A stretch of DNA of 35,995 nt from Alphaproteobacteria bacterium (lineage in GTDB: Bacteria > Pseudomonadota > Alphaproteobacteria > CACIAM-22H2), in assembly GCA_016869415.1 (NCBI GenBank), contig VGEI01000002.1, forward strand, positions 1 through 35,995, given 5' to 3'. The notes under the pieces are model-generated. The model saw nothing but the letters and a program-made list of their open reading frames with translations. It ran no database searches and had not been told where the DNA came from. The position numbers and the translations under genes were made by a program. Position 1 is the first letter of the stretch, and the number at the start of each line of letters is the position of its first letter. Below are positions 20,520-28,670 of the stretch, in pieces.

Positions 20520-22169
20520 TCAGACGAAGGCGCTCTCGTTGCGCCCCGAGACCCGGAAGATGAGATAGACCGCCAGCCCCGAGGCGAAGAGGAGAATGGT
20601 GGCCAGCGCCGCCGCCGTGCCGAACTCGCCGTCAAGCACCGAGAGGTAAATGCGCACCGGCATGGTCATGGTGCGGCCGACATAGAGGATGAGCGAGCTC
20701 GACAGCTCGTTGATCGCGGTGATGAAGCTCATCAGGCCGCCGGCCACGATGCCCGGCAGCATCAGCGGCAGGGTGATCTTGAGGAAGGCCTGGGCCGGTC
20801 CCGCGCCGAGCGAGATCGCCGCCTCCTCCAGGCTGCCCTTGATCTGCTTGAGGATGGAGACGCTTGAGCGCACGGTGTAGGGCAGCCGCCGGATGAACAG
20901 CATCAGCACGATGATGGTGGCCGTGCCGGTGAGCTCGAGCGGCGGCACGTTGAAGGTAACGACGTAAGCCAGCCCCAGCACTACGCCGGGCATGACGAAG
21001 GGAATGACGAAGGCGCCGTCGAGGGCACCGGTGAGAACCGTCTCGCGCCGCGCCAGCAGGTAGCCGATGCCCGTGCCGACGATGACGATCAGCGCCACGG
21101 CGATGAAAGAATAGGTGGCGCTGTTGCCGATGACGTGTGGCACCTCGCGGATGATCTTGGCGTAGCTGTCGAGGGAGAGCCCCGGCTGGAACACCGGTCC
21201 GCTGGTCTTGCGGAACGACATGTAGATGACGACCAGCGAGGGCAGCGAGCTCACCAGCACGATGCTGTAGCAGACAACATGCGCCACGACCGAGGCGAGG
21301 CGGCCGAGCCGGCGCGGCACCGGGCGGCGGATCAGCGCGCCGGCGACGTTGCGCCGCCGCACGGCGTAACGCTGCAGGGCGACGACGACCAGCGACATGG
21401 CGATGAGCACGACGCTGGTGGCCGAGGCGAGGCCCGGATTGCCGCCCATCTCGCTGTTGAACAGATTGTAGGCCGTGGTGGCGAGCACACGCACATTCCC
21501 GCCGACGATGGAGGGCGTGCCGAAATCGGCGATCGACAGCACGAAGGTGAGCAGCGCTGCCGCACTGATCGCCGGAAAGACCAGCGGCAAGGTGATCTGG
21601 AACAGGCGCCGCCACGGGCGCGCCCCCAGCCCCTCCGCCGCCTCCTCGATCGACGGGTTGATGGTGCCGAGGCTGCTGGCGGTGAGCAGGAAGACGAAGG
21701 GATAGAATTTGAGGCTGAAGACCAGAATGATGCCGAAGAAGCCGTAGATCGACGGGACCTCGATGCCGATCGATTCCAGCCCCAGCCGTATGAAGCCGTT
21801 ACGCCCCAGCATCATGATCCAGGCATAGGCACCGATGAACGGCGGCGAGACCAGGGCGAGCACCGCCAGGGTCGAGAGGAACTGCCTTCCGGCGATGACG
21901 TAGCGCGTGGTCAGCACGGCCAGCGGAATGCCGAGAAGCAGCGCCCCCAGCATGCCGCCCACACCCACGATGAGGCTGTTGAGCATCGCCGTCTGGAAGA
22001 ACGGCCGGGTCAGCACGCGGACGTAGTTGTCGAGAGTCAGGTCTCCCGTCCGGTTGTCGATGACACTGGCGGCGAAAATGCTGGTCAGCGGCCACACCAG
22101 CAGGACGCCGATGACGCCGACCGAGACGGCCAGCACCAGCGTCCAGACGTCGACCCTGGCGTTCTTCAT
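20520..22169 (-). CDS. ABC importer permease, fused two-domain (FbpB/ThiP-like)
   Basis: 549 aa, about 12 predicted TM segments. Two EAA loops (EEAAEGLGARPWRRLFQITLP and EEAAISLGAGPAQAFLKITLP). ATGA overlap with the upstream ATPase gene. Confidence 0.85.
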   Translation of the reverse strand: MKNARVDVWTLVLAVSVGVIGVLLVWPLTSIFAASVIDNRTGDLTLDNYVRVLTRPFFQTAMLNSLIVGVGGMLGALLLGIPLAVLTTRYVIAGRQFLSTLAVLALVSPPFIGAYAWIMMLGRNGFIRLGLESIGIEVPSIYGFFGIILVFSLKFYPFVFLLTASSLGTINPSIEEAAEGLGARPWRRLFQITLPLVFPAISAAALLTFVLSIADFGTPSIVGGNVRVLATTAYNLFNSEMGGNPGLASATSVVLIAMSLVVVALQRYAVRRRNVAGALIRRPVPRRLGRLASVVAHVVCYSIVLVSSLPSLVVIYMSFRKTSGPVFQPGLSLDSYAKIIREVPHVIGNSATYSFIAVALIVIVGTGIGYLLARRETVLTGALDGAFVIPFVMPGVVLGLAYVVTFNVPPLELTGTATIIVLMLFIRRLPYTVRSSVSILKQIKGSLEEAAISLGAGPAQAFLKITLPLMLPGIVAGGLMSFITAINELSSSLILYVGRTMTMPVRIYLSVLDGEFGTAAALATILLFASGLAVYLIFRVSGRNESAFV

Positions 22170-23254
22170 GGCCGCAAATCGATGCGCCGCTCGTCCGTGG
22201 CGTCGAAGGCGTGCAGGCAGCGCACCGGCAGGGTGACGGTCAGCCTCGTATCGACCTCGGCGAGCCGCGCCGTGTCGGGGCGATAGAGGTGGACAAGGAG
22301 CGGCGCGAAACCGCTGCCTTCCACGCGATAGAGCGCGTCGCGTCCGGCGTAGGTGACCTTGCGCAGCGTGGCCTCCAGGCGCAGGGCCGGTCCCTCGCCG
22401 GCCGGCGAACCACCGATAGTCACATCCTCGGGCCGGATCGACAGCGTCACCCGCGAGCGCCCCGCCAGGCCGGCCAGAGCGACGGCGGCACTTCCCAGCC
22501 GCACCTCGCCACCCGGGCCCACGGCGATATCGCGGAAGACGTTCATCGCCCCGACGAAGGAGGCGACGAACAGGGTCGCCGGCCTGGCGTAGACGTCATG
22601 CGGCGAGCCCACCTGGTGCACGCGGCCGCGCTCCATGATGCAGATGCGGTCCGAGATGACCAGCGCTTCCTCCTGGTCATGGGTGACGTAGAGCGTGGTG
22701 ATGCCTAGCGAGCGCTGCAGGTCGCGGATCTCGTCGCGCAGGCCCACCCGCAGTTTGGCGTCGAGATTGGACAGCGGCTCGTCCATCAGCAGGATCCGCG
22801 GGTTGATGACCATGGCCCGCGCCAGGGCGACACGCTGCTGCTGCCCGCCCGAGAGCTCGTACGGCAGCCGCGCCTCCAGGCCGCCCAACTGCACCAGGGC
22901 GAGCGCGCGGGCGACACGCTCGGCGATCTCGGCCTTCGGCGTCTTGCGCGTCACCAGGCCGAAGCCGACATTGTCCTCGACCGACATATGGGGAAAGACG
23001 GCGTAGTCCTGGTAGACCATGCCGATGTTGCGCCGATGCGCCGGCACGTTGTCGATGCGCCCGCCGTCGACCAGGATCTCGCCGCTGTCGTGGCTGTTGA
23101 AGCCGGCGACGGTGCGCAGCAGCGTCGTCTTGCCGCAGCCCGAGGGACCGAGCAACGTGAAGAACTCGCCGGACTTGATCGCCAGCGAGATGTCGTCGAG
23201 AGCCGTGACTCCGGGGTAGCTCTTCCGGATGTTCTGGATGTCTAGGCGGGCCAC
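22166..23254 (-). CDS. ABC importer ATP-binding protein (PotA/FbpC-like, with C-terminal TOBE-like domain)
   Basis: Walker A GPSGCGKTT, signature LSGGQQQR, Walker B LLMDEPLS, H-loop YVTHDQ. GTG start. Confidence 0.9.
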   Translation of the reverse strand: MARLDIQNIRKSYPGVTALDDISLAIKSGEFFTLLGPSGCGKTTLLRTVAGFNSHDSGEILVDGGRIDNVPAHRRNIGMVYQDYAVFPHMSVEDNVGFGLVTRKTPKAEIAERVARALALVQLGGLEARLPYELSGGQQQRVALARAMVINPRILLMDEPLSNLDAKLRVGLRDEIRDLQRSLGITTLYVTHDQEEALVISDRICIMERGRVHQVGSPHDVYARPATLFVASFVGAMNVFRDIAVGPGGEVRLGSAAVALAGLAGRSRVTLSIRPEDVTIGGSPAGEGPALRLEATLRKVTYAGRDALYRVEGSGFAPLLVHLYRPDTARLAEVDTRLTVTLPVRCLHAFDATDERRIDLRP

Positions 23255-23293
23255 CGGCTCCCCATGGCTCGGCCGCGCTTTACCGGGCGCAGC

Positions 23294-24286
23294 TCAACGC
23301 GACTGCAGCAGGTCGTTCCACTTGTCGATGTACTCTTTGCGCTTGTTGGCCGCGTTCTTGATGTCGTAGTTGACCAGCTTGATCTGCTCCAGCGGCTTGA
23401 GGGCCCCCGGCGGCTTGGCGTCCTTGCGGATCGGGCGGCGGCCGAGCTCCTGGACCACCAGCTCCTGCGTCGGCGCGCTCAGCGCCCAGTCGATGAAGGC
23501 CTTGCCCGCGGCGGGATTGGGTGCGCGCCGCACCAGGGCCATGCCGTCGGCGATCACCGAGGTGCCGTCCTCGGGATAGACGATGGCCACCGGCCCGCCG
23601 TTCTTGAGGAAGAGATAGGCGTTGTCCTCCAGCGTGATGCCGACACTCGCCTCGCCGTCGTTGACGAAGCGCGGCACAGCACCGGAGCTGGCGGAGATGT
23701 TCATGTTGCGGAACACGGTCTTGAACCTGTCCCAGCCGGCGGCGTTGTCGCCGTAGATGGTCAGGAAGGTGTTGAGCTGCATGTAGGCCGAGCCGGACTT
23801 GTCGGCATCGGCGGCCGAGATCTGGCCGCGGAAACGCGGCTGCGCCAGATCCATCCAGGTTTTCGGATACTCCTCGGGCTTCAGCTTGCGCGTGTTGATG
23901 ACGAAGACGTTGAGGATGCCGGTGTAGGGCAGCCAGGCACCGGTGGTCTTGAAGGCGTCCGCGATCATCGCGGCGTCCTTCGGCTGATAGGGCTCGAGCA
24001 GGTTGGCGTTGGCCTCGAGCAGCTCGGCGCCGATGCTCCAGATGACGTCGGCCTTGGGGCTGGCCTGCTCGGCGCGCACCCGGTTGATGATGTCGCCCGA
24101 GCCGGCCTTGACCACGTCGGCCTTTATGCCGGTCGCCTTCTCGAACTCAGGCAGCAGCCGCTCGACGATATTCGCGGTGTGCGCCGTGTAGACGCTGACC
24201 CGCTGCTGCGCCTCGGCCGGAACGGCCAGCGCCAGGCCCATCGCGGCACCGGCAAGAATCGCGGAAACCCGGGTCAGTGTGCTCAT
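23294..24286 (-). CDS. Periplasmic solute-binding protein, Fe3+/AfuA-like family (substrate unverified)
   Basis: Signal peptide ending AVPAEAQQ. VYTAHTANIVERLLPEFEKATGIKADVVKAGSGDIINR pattern is typical of the FbpA/AfuA/PotD-class SBP_bac_6/8 families. GGGAGAGG RBS. Confidence 0.8.
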   Translation of the reverse strand: MSTLTRVSAILAGAAMGLALAVPAEAQQRVSVYTAHTANIVERLLPEFEKATGIKADVVKAGSGDIINRVRAEQASPKADVIWSIGAELLEANANLLEPYQPKDAAMIADAFKTTGAWLPYTGILNVFVINTRKLKPEEYPKTWMDLAQPRFRGQISAADADKSGSAYMQLNTFLTIYGDNAAGWDRFKTVFRNMNISASSGAVPRFVNDGEASVGITLEDNAYLFLKNGGPVAIVYPEDGTSVIADGMALVRRAPNPAAGKAFIDWALSAPTQELVVQELGRRPIRKDAKPPGALKPLEQIKLVNYDIKNAANKRKEYIDKWNDLLQSR

Positions 24287-24310
24287 CGTTCCTCTCCCGT
24301 CGTTCGTGGC

Positions 24311-24324
24311 GTGCGTTAACGCAC
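24311..24324. promoter_or_regulatory. Perfect 14-bp palindrome GTGCGTTAACGCAC in the divergent gap between the ABC importer and the PP2C-like gene
   Basis: Read directly; exact self-complement, 25 nt upstream of the binding-protein start codon. Function not established. Confidence 0.3.
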
Positions 24325-24377
24325 TACCTTTGTCTGCCTATAGTGGAACGTCCGTGGCAAATCTGCAATGTATCTGC

Positions 24378-25370
24378 ATGCACATCGAAGCCTTCAGCGA
24401 AGGCAAGAATCTCGACGATCCCGAAGCCAACGAGGACCAATTCCTGGTCCTGCCCGGCCGCGGCTACGCGGTCATCGACGGCGTCACGGACCGCACCGGC
24501 CATCGTTACGACGGCAAGCTGGCAGGCCGGATTTCCAGCCGCGCGGTGCAGAAGGCGGTGTCGGCTTTCCTGCTGGCGGCCGGCGAGGCCGTCGACCCGG
24601 TTCGCCTCGCCGAGGCGGCGGCGGCAGCCATCCGCGCCGCCTACGAGCGCCACGACGTTCTCGAGATCGCCCGCGCCGATCCGGCGCGGCGCTTCGGCGC
24701 CACGCTCGCACTTGCCGCCCATTGCGGCGACAGGCTGCGCTTCGTGCTCATCGGCGACAGCGGCCTGCGGCTCAACGGCGAGGAGGTCTGGATCAACGAC
24801 ACCGGGCTCGACCTGGTGACCTCGAGCCTGCGGCAGGAGGCCTACCGGCTGGTCGGCGAGGCCGGCGGCACGCCGGACGACAAGCGCCGCATCGGCCGGG
24901 CTTGCGTCTGGCACGGTGCGGCCCGCCTTCACCCTGACCTCAAACCGTGGATCGACGAAGCAGCGCTCCGCACCCTGTACGCCCGCGCCCTCGAGCGTTC
25001 GCGTGCCCGTTTTCCGATGGCGCCGGAGGCCGATATCCGCCTGCTACTCGATGGCGGCGTGATGACCGGTCAGACCCGCTTCCAGAACAACACCGACAGC
25101 CCGCTCAGCTATGCGGTTCTCGACGGCTTCGACGTCGCGCATCCGCTCGTCCGCATCGTCGACCGGCCCCTGGCCTCGATCCGCTCCATCGAGCTGTTCA
25201 CCGACGGCTACTTCAAGCCGGGCGTGACACCCGACATCGCCGCCTGGGAAGCCGCCTTCGACGAGGTCGAGCGCCTCGACCCGGAGAAGATCGACCGTTA
25301 CCCCTCGGTCAAGGGCACCATCGGACGCATCCGGGCCGACGACCGCACGGTGGTCATCGTCCGGTTCTGA
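24378..25370 (+). CDS. Divergent PP2C-like (PP2C_2/SpoIIE-type) metal-dependent phosphatase-fold protein
   Basis: Ordered PP2C signature residues: ANEDQF, AVIDGV, GATLALA...LIGDSG, LFTDGY, C-terminal ADDRTVVIVRF. The usual DGMGG glycine motif is replaced by DGVTDRTG. Start is ATG 24378; the longer track ORF overlaps the divergent gene. Confidence 0.55.
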   Translation: MHIEAFSEGKNLDDPEANEDQFLVLPGRGYAVIDGVTDRTGHRYDGKLAGRISSRAVQKAVSAFLLAAGEAVDPVRLAEAAAAAIRAAYERHDVLEIARADPARRFGATLALAAHCGDRLRFVLIGDSGLRLNGEEVWINDTGLDLVTSSLRQEAYRLVGEAGGTPDDKRRIGRACVWHGAARLHPDLKPWIDEAALRTLYARALERSRARFPMAPEADIRLLLDGGVMTGQTRFQNNTDSPLSYAVLDGFDVAHPLVRIVDRPLASIRSIELFTDGYFKPGVTPDIAAWEAAFDEVERLDPEKIDRYPSVKGTIGRIRADDRTVVIVRF

Positions 25371-25549
25371 GGCCCCGGAGCGCCGGTTTACCGCGCTTCG
25401 CCACTGTGGATAAACGGCCGGTGAGGCCAAATTCGGCCGTCCGGCCCGAGACTTAAAAAGTCGAAATGTCTATAGACGTTTTGACCCCTTGTCGGTGGAG
25501 CGCCGGCGCCCCATTTCTTGCAGACGCATTGTCTGTAAGGGCGACGGCC

Positions 25550-26455
25550 ATGAAACGATCTGACATGCCGAACGAGCGCGTCGGCGAACTGCTGCATCAC
25601 CTCTTCAGGATTCTGCAGCCACATCGCGAGGGCCTGCTATTGGCGGAGGCTCTTGCGCGGCTGGCCGGCGCGGTCCGGCTGACGCCCAACGAGACTCGCC
25701 GCTATGAGTCGACCGGTGTTCCGCGCTTCGAGGCCCGTCTGGGTTACGCCTCGGCCTGCTGCGTTGCCGCCGGCTGGCTGAGCAAGCAGCGCGGGCGCTG
25801 GACGGTCACCCCGGCCGGCCGCGCAGCCCTGAAGGAGTTTCGTGACCCGGCGCAGTTCTTCAGCCGCGCCCGGCAGATCCGCAACAGGAGCCGGGCGCAG
25901 GAGCGGATGTCGCAGGACGAAACACCGGCGCCCCCGGTGACCGAAGCGCCCACCAGCGGGGAGCGCGCCATCGACACGGCGCGCGGCACCGCCTGGGCAG
26001 AGATCGAGCGCCATGTCGGGCTCATGGACGCCTACGGGTTTCAGCATCTCGTCGCCGATCTGCTGCGGGCGATGGACTGGTACGTGCCATGGGAGGCGCC
26101 CCCCGGACCCGACGGCGGCGTCGACATCACTGCCTTCCGCGATCTGCTGGGTGCCACCGGCGGCCGGCTCAAGGTGCAGGTCAAGAGCGGCACGACGAAG
26201 GTGCGCTCCGACGCGCTGCGCGCCTTCATCGCCACGGTGAATGAGGAAGAGGCCGGGATGCTGGTCGCTTCCGGCGGCTTCACCGACGAGGCCGATACCT
26301 TCGCCCGCCTGCAGTCGCGCCGGCGGCTGACGCTTGTCGACCTGCCGCGGCTGATCGAGCTATGGGCCCGGCACTACCCGAAGCTCGACGCCGAGGCGCG
26401 CCAGCGCCTGCCGCTGGCGCCGGTGTGGTTCCTGACTGGCGATGTCAGGCCCTGA
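25550..26455 (+). CDS. mrr: Mrr-like type IV restriction endonuclease (N-terminal winged helix plus Mrr_cat PD-(D/E)xK domain)
   Basis: C-terminal FQHLVADLLRAMDW...PDGGVDITAF...RLKVQVKSG...GMLVASGGFTDEA...LTLVDLPRLIELW matches the Mrr catalytic core (D, QxK). The N-terminus resembles Mrr_N. Start at 25550 or 25565. Confidence 0.75.
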   Translation: MKRSDMPNERVGELLHHLFRILQPHREGLLLAEALARLAGAVRLTPNETRRYESTGVPRFEARLGYASACCVAAGWLSKQRGRWTVTPAGRAALKEFRDPAQFFSRARQIRNRSRAQERMSQDETPAPPVTEAPTSGERAIDTARGTAWAEIERHVGLMDAYGFQHLVADLLRAMDWYVPWEAPPGPDGGVDITAFRDLLGATGGRLKVQVKSGTTKVRSDALRAFIATVNEEEAGMLVASGGFTDEADTFARLQSRRRLTLVDLPRLIELWARHYPKLDAEARQRLPLAPVWFLTGDVRP

Positions 26456-27314
26456 CGATCCGCCGGCTGAACTCGCCCAACGTTGTCGGCTCACGCCCGA
26501 GCAGACGCCGCAGCATGGCCGGATCGCCTGACAGCCCGTGCCGGTCGTAGTAGCGGAACATCTTGGCCAGCGTGTCCCGTTGATAGTCGCCCATGCCTGT
26601 GGCACGGGCCCGCGCCTCCCAGGCCGCGACAGGCTCGCTTTCCGCCCGCACGGGGCGGCCGAGCGCCCGGCTTAACGTCTCGGCGACCTCGATCTGGCTA
26701 AGCGGCTTCGTGCCGACGAGCTCGTAGGTGGCGCCCTCATGGCCGGGGTCGGTAAGAACCTTCGCGGCCGCCGCCGCGACGTCGTCGAGATCGACGAGGC
26801 TGATCCGCGCCTCGACCGAGTACGGCACGCGGTAGACGCCCTGCTTCACGATGGCCGGCCAGGCCGGCTGCAGGTTCTGCATGTAGGCCGTAGGCTGCAG
26901 CACGGTGACCTGCAGGCCCGAGGCGGCGAGCATGTCCTCGACCCGCGCCTTCTCCCAGTGATGCGGCATCGCCTCGATGCGCGGCAGCAGCACCGAGTGG
27001 AAGACCAGCCGCGCCACGCCCGCCTGGCGCGCCGCCGCCGCGACTGTGCTGCCGAAGCGAAACTCGTCGGGGCTGACATTGGGTGCCAGGTGATAGATCG
27101 CGGCGACCCCGTCCATCGCCGCTACCAGGGCCGATGGATCGTCGAGGCGGCCGACATGGACGCGCTGCACGCCGAACACCTTGAGCGGTGCGACAAGCGC
27201 CTCGCGATGGACGAACGCCGCCACCGCGGCGCCGCACCTCGCCAGCGCCTCGACCACGGCGCGGCCCGTCTTGCCGGCGGTACCGGTGACCAGGATCACG
27301 ATATACGGCGACAC
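26445..27314 (-). CDS. NmrA-like NAD(P)-binding oxidoreductase (atypical SDR)
   Basis: ILVTGTAGKTGRAV Rossmann motif and NmrA-like length. GTG start with GGGGAG RBS. The 3' end overlaps the convergent mrr 3' end by 11 nt. Confidence 0.8.
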   Translation of the reverse strand: MSPYIVILVTGTAGKTGRAVVEALARCGAAVAAFVHREALVAPLKVFGVQRVHVGRLDDPSALVAAMDGVAAIYHLAPNVSPDEFRFGSTVAAAARQAGVARLVFHSVLLPRIEAMPHHWEKARVEDMLAASGLQVTVLQPTAYMQNLQPAWPAIVKQGVYRVPYSVEARISLVDLDDVAAAAAKVLTDPGHEGATYELVGTKPLSQIEVAETLSRALGRPVRAESEPVAAWEARARATGMGDYQRDTLAKMFRYYDRHGLSGDPAMLRRLLGREPTTLGEFSRRIVRA

Positions 27315-27472
27315 GAAAACACTCCCCGCTTCGCCTCTGACCAGTTACGAACTTCCGGGATATCACGCGTATCGACGGCGGATTCCGGCCGTGCCGCCAA
27401 TGCCCGGAGCTCAGCCGTCTGCTTCGCCGTAAGGCGCTTGGAACTGCGCTTCTTCATCGGCTTGCCTCTCAT
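27296..27472 (-). pseudogene. 58-aa ORF resembling the N-terminal half of a BrnA/DUF4415-type antitoxin, apparently truncated
   Basis: Own translation: MRGKPMKKRSSKRLTAKQTAELRALAARPESAVDTRDIPEVRNWSEAKRGVFSCRRIS. The xDTxDIPE...W..A.RG.F pattern recalls BrnA-like antitoxins, but the usual C-terminal ribbon-helix-helix part is missing. The ORF runs 19 nt into nmrA. It is not in the supplied track (below its size cutoff). Confidence 0.3.
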
Positions 27473-27544
27473 GCAATCTCGCCGTGCCTGCGCCGATGCA
27501 TCCCGTGCACATCATACGCCGCACAACCGGGTGCCGCCCACAGC

Positions 27545-27662
27545 CCCCTCACCCGCTCGCTGCCGCTCGCGACCTCTCCCCGAGGGAGAGGTAAAGCGAA
27601 GCCGCGCACTGCCAACCCTCTCCCGCTGGGAGAGGGTGATCGCGAAGCGATCGGGTGAGGGG
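27545..27662. repeat. 118-bp composite palindromic element (MITE/REP-like): 11-bp outer inverted repeat enclosing two GC hairpins
   Basis: Outer arms CCCCTCACCCG (27545-27555) / CGGGTGAGGGG (27652-27662). Hairpin 1: CCTCTCCC-cga-GGGAGAGG (27573-27591). Hairpin 2: CCCTCTCCC-gct-GGGAGAGGG (27616-27636). Lies between the LysR stop and the small ORF. Confidence 0.7.
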
Positions 27663-27713
27663 ATGCGCGCAGGATAAGCCTGTACCGAGGCGTTCTGCGG
27701 TTGTCGACTACGA

Positions 27714-28661
27714 TCACGGCGCGCGGCGCCGGCGCGGGGTACGCGCCGCCGGGCCGGCGCCGGGCTTTGCCAGAAGCTGCAGCCGGCGGCCGAGATGATC
27801 GGCAACCGCGGTGGCCGCGACGCTGAGCCGGCGGCGGGCCGGTACGATGACAGCGAGCGGAATGCCCGAGAGGCGTGTCTCGGCCAGCGGGACGGCCACG
27901 ACCTCGCGCTTCTCGATCTCGTGTGCGAAGCCGAGCCGGGTGAAGAAGGCGACGCACATGCCCGACTTCACCGCCTGGCGCAGGAGCTCCATCGAGTTGG
28001 AGCGCAGCAGCGCCGCCGGCTCGGCGCCGGCCCGCACGAACTCGCCCTCGAGCAGCGGGGTCAGCGGCAGCGTGTCATGGACCAGGGCCAGCGGGTAGCG
28101 GACGCAGTCGACCAGGCGCACGACGCGGCGGCGGGCCAGCGGATGCCCGGAGGCGACGATGGCGTGCATGGCCGTGGGAATCCTGGCGATCACCGTCAGG
28201 TGGTCCATGTTGCCGAGGACGAAGGACAGGCCGATATCGGCCTCGCCCGACACCACCTCCTCGCCGACATCGGACGGGCCCGCAGCCATCACCGTGAAGC
28301 TGACGCCGGGATAGAGGCGGTGGAACTCCTCCAGCGCCGCCGGCAGGAAATCGACCATCAGCGAGTCGAGCGCCACGATCTTGACGTGGCCGGTCTTCAG
28401 CCCTTTGAGGTCGTCGATCGAGGCGCGGGCCCGGGCGAAGCCGTAAAGCGTCTCGCGTGCGTGCCGCGTCAGGATCTCGCCGGCCGGCGTCAGGCGCACG
28501 CCGCCGGCGCGGCGCTCGAACAGCGGCGCGCCGAGCGAGGCTTCCAGCTTGAGGATCTGCCGGTTGACCGCCGAGGAGGCGACGTGCAGCGCCTCGGCCG
28601 CCTTGCGGATCGAGCCGCGGCGGACGACCTCCTCGAGATAACGCAGGACATGGGCGTGCAT
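27714..28661 (-). CDS. LysR-family transcriptional regulator
   Basis: N-terminal HTH LRYLEEVVRRGSIRKAAEALHVASSAVNRQILKLE plus an LysR substrate-binding domain. GAGGAG RBS at 28667-28672. Confidence 0.9.
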   Translation of the reverse strand: MHAHVLRYLEEVVRRGSIRKAAEALHVASSAVNRQILKLEASLGAPLFERRAGGVRLTPAGEILTRHARETLYGFARARASIDDLKGLKTGHVKIVALDSLMVDFLPAALEEFHRLYPGVSFTVMAAGPSDVGEEVVSGEADIGLSFVLGNMDHLTVIARIPTAMHAIVASGHPLARRRVVRLVDCVRYPLALVHDTLPLTPLLEGEFVRAGAEPAALLRSNSMELLRQAVKSGMCVAFFTRLGFAHEIEKREVVAVPLAETRLSGIPLAVIVPARRRLSVAATAVADHLGRRLQLLAKPGAGPAARTPRRRRAP

Positions 28662-28670
28662 GGAAACTCC

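Noticed and set aside
27469-27957. Minus-strand ORFs 27469..27957 and 27512..27805 spanning the palindromic element and the LysR 3' end.
   Set aside because: They are translations of the repeat (SPSGRGRERQRAGEG-type strings) and overlap the LysR gene out of frame, with no family motifs.
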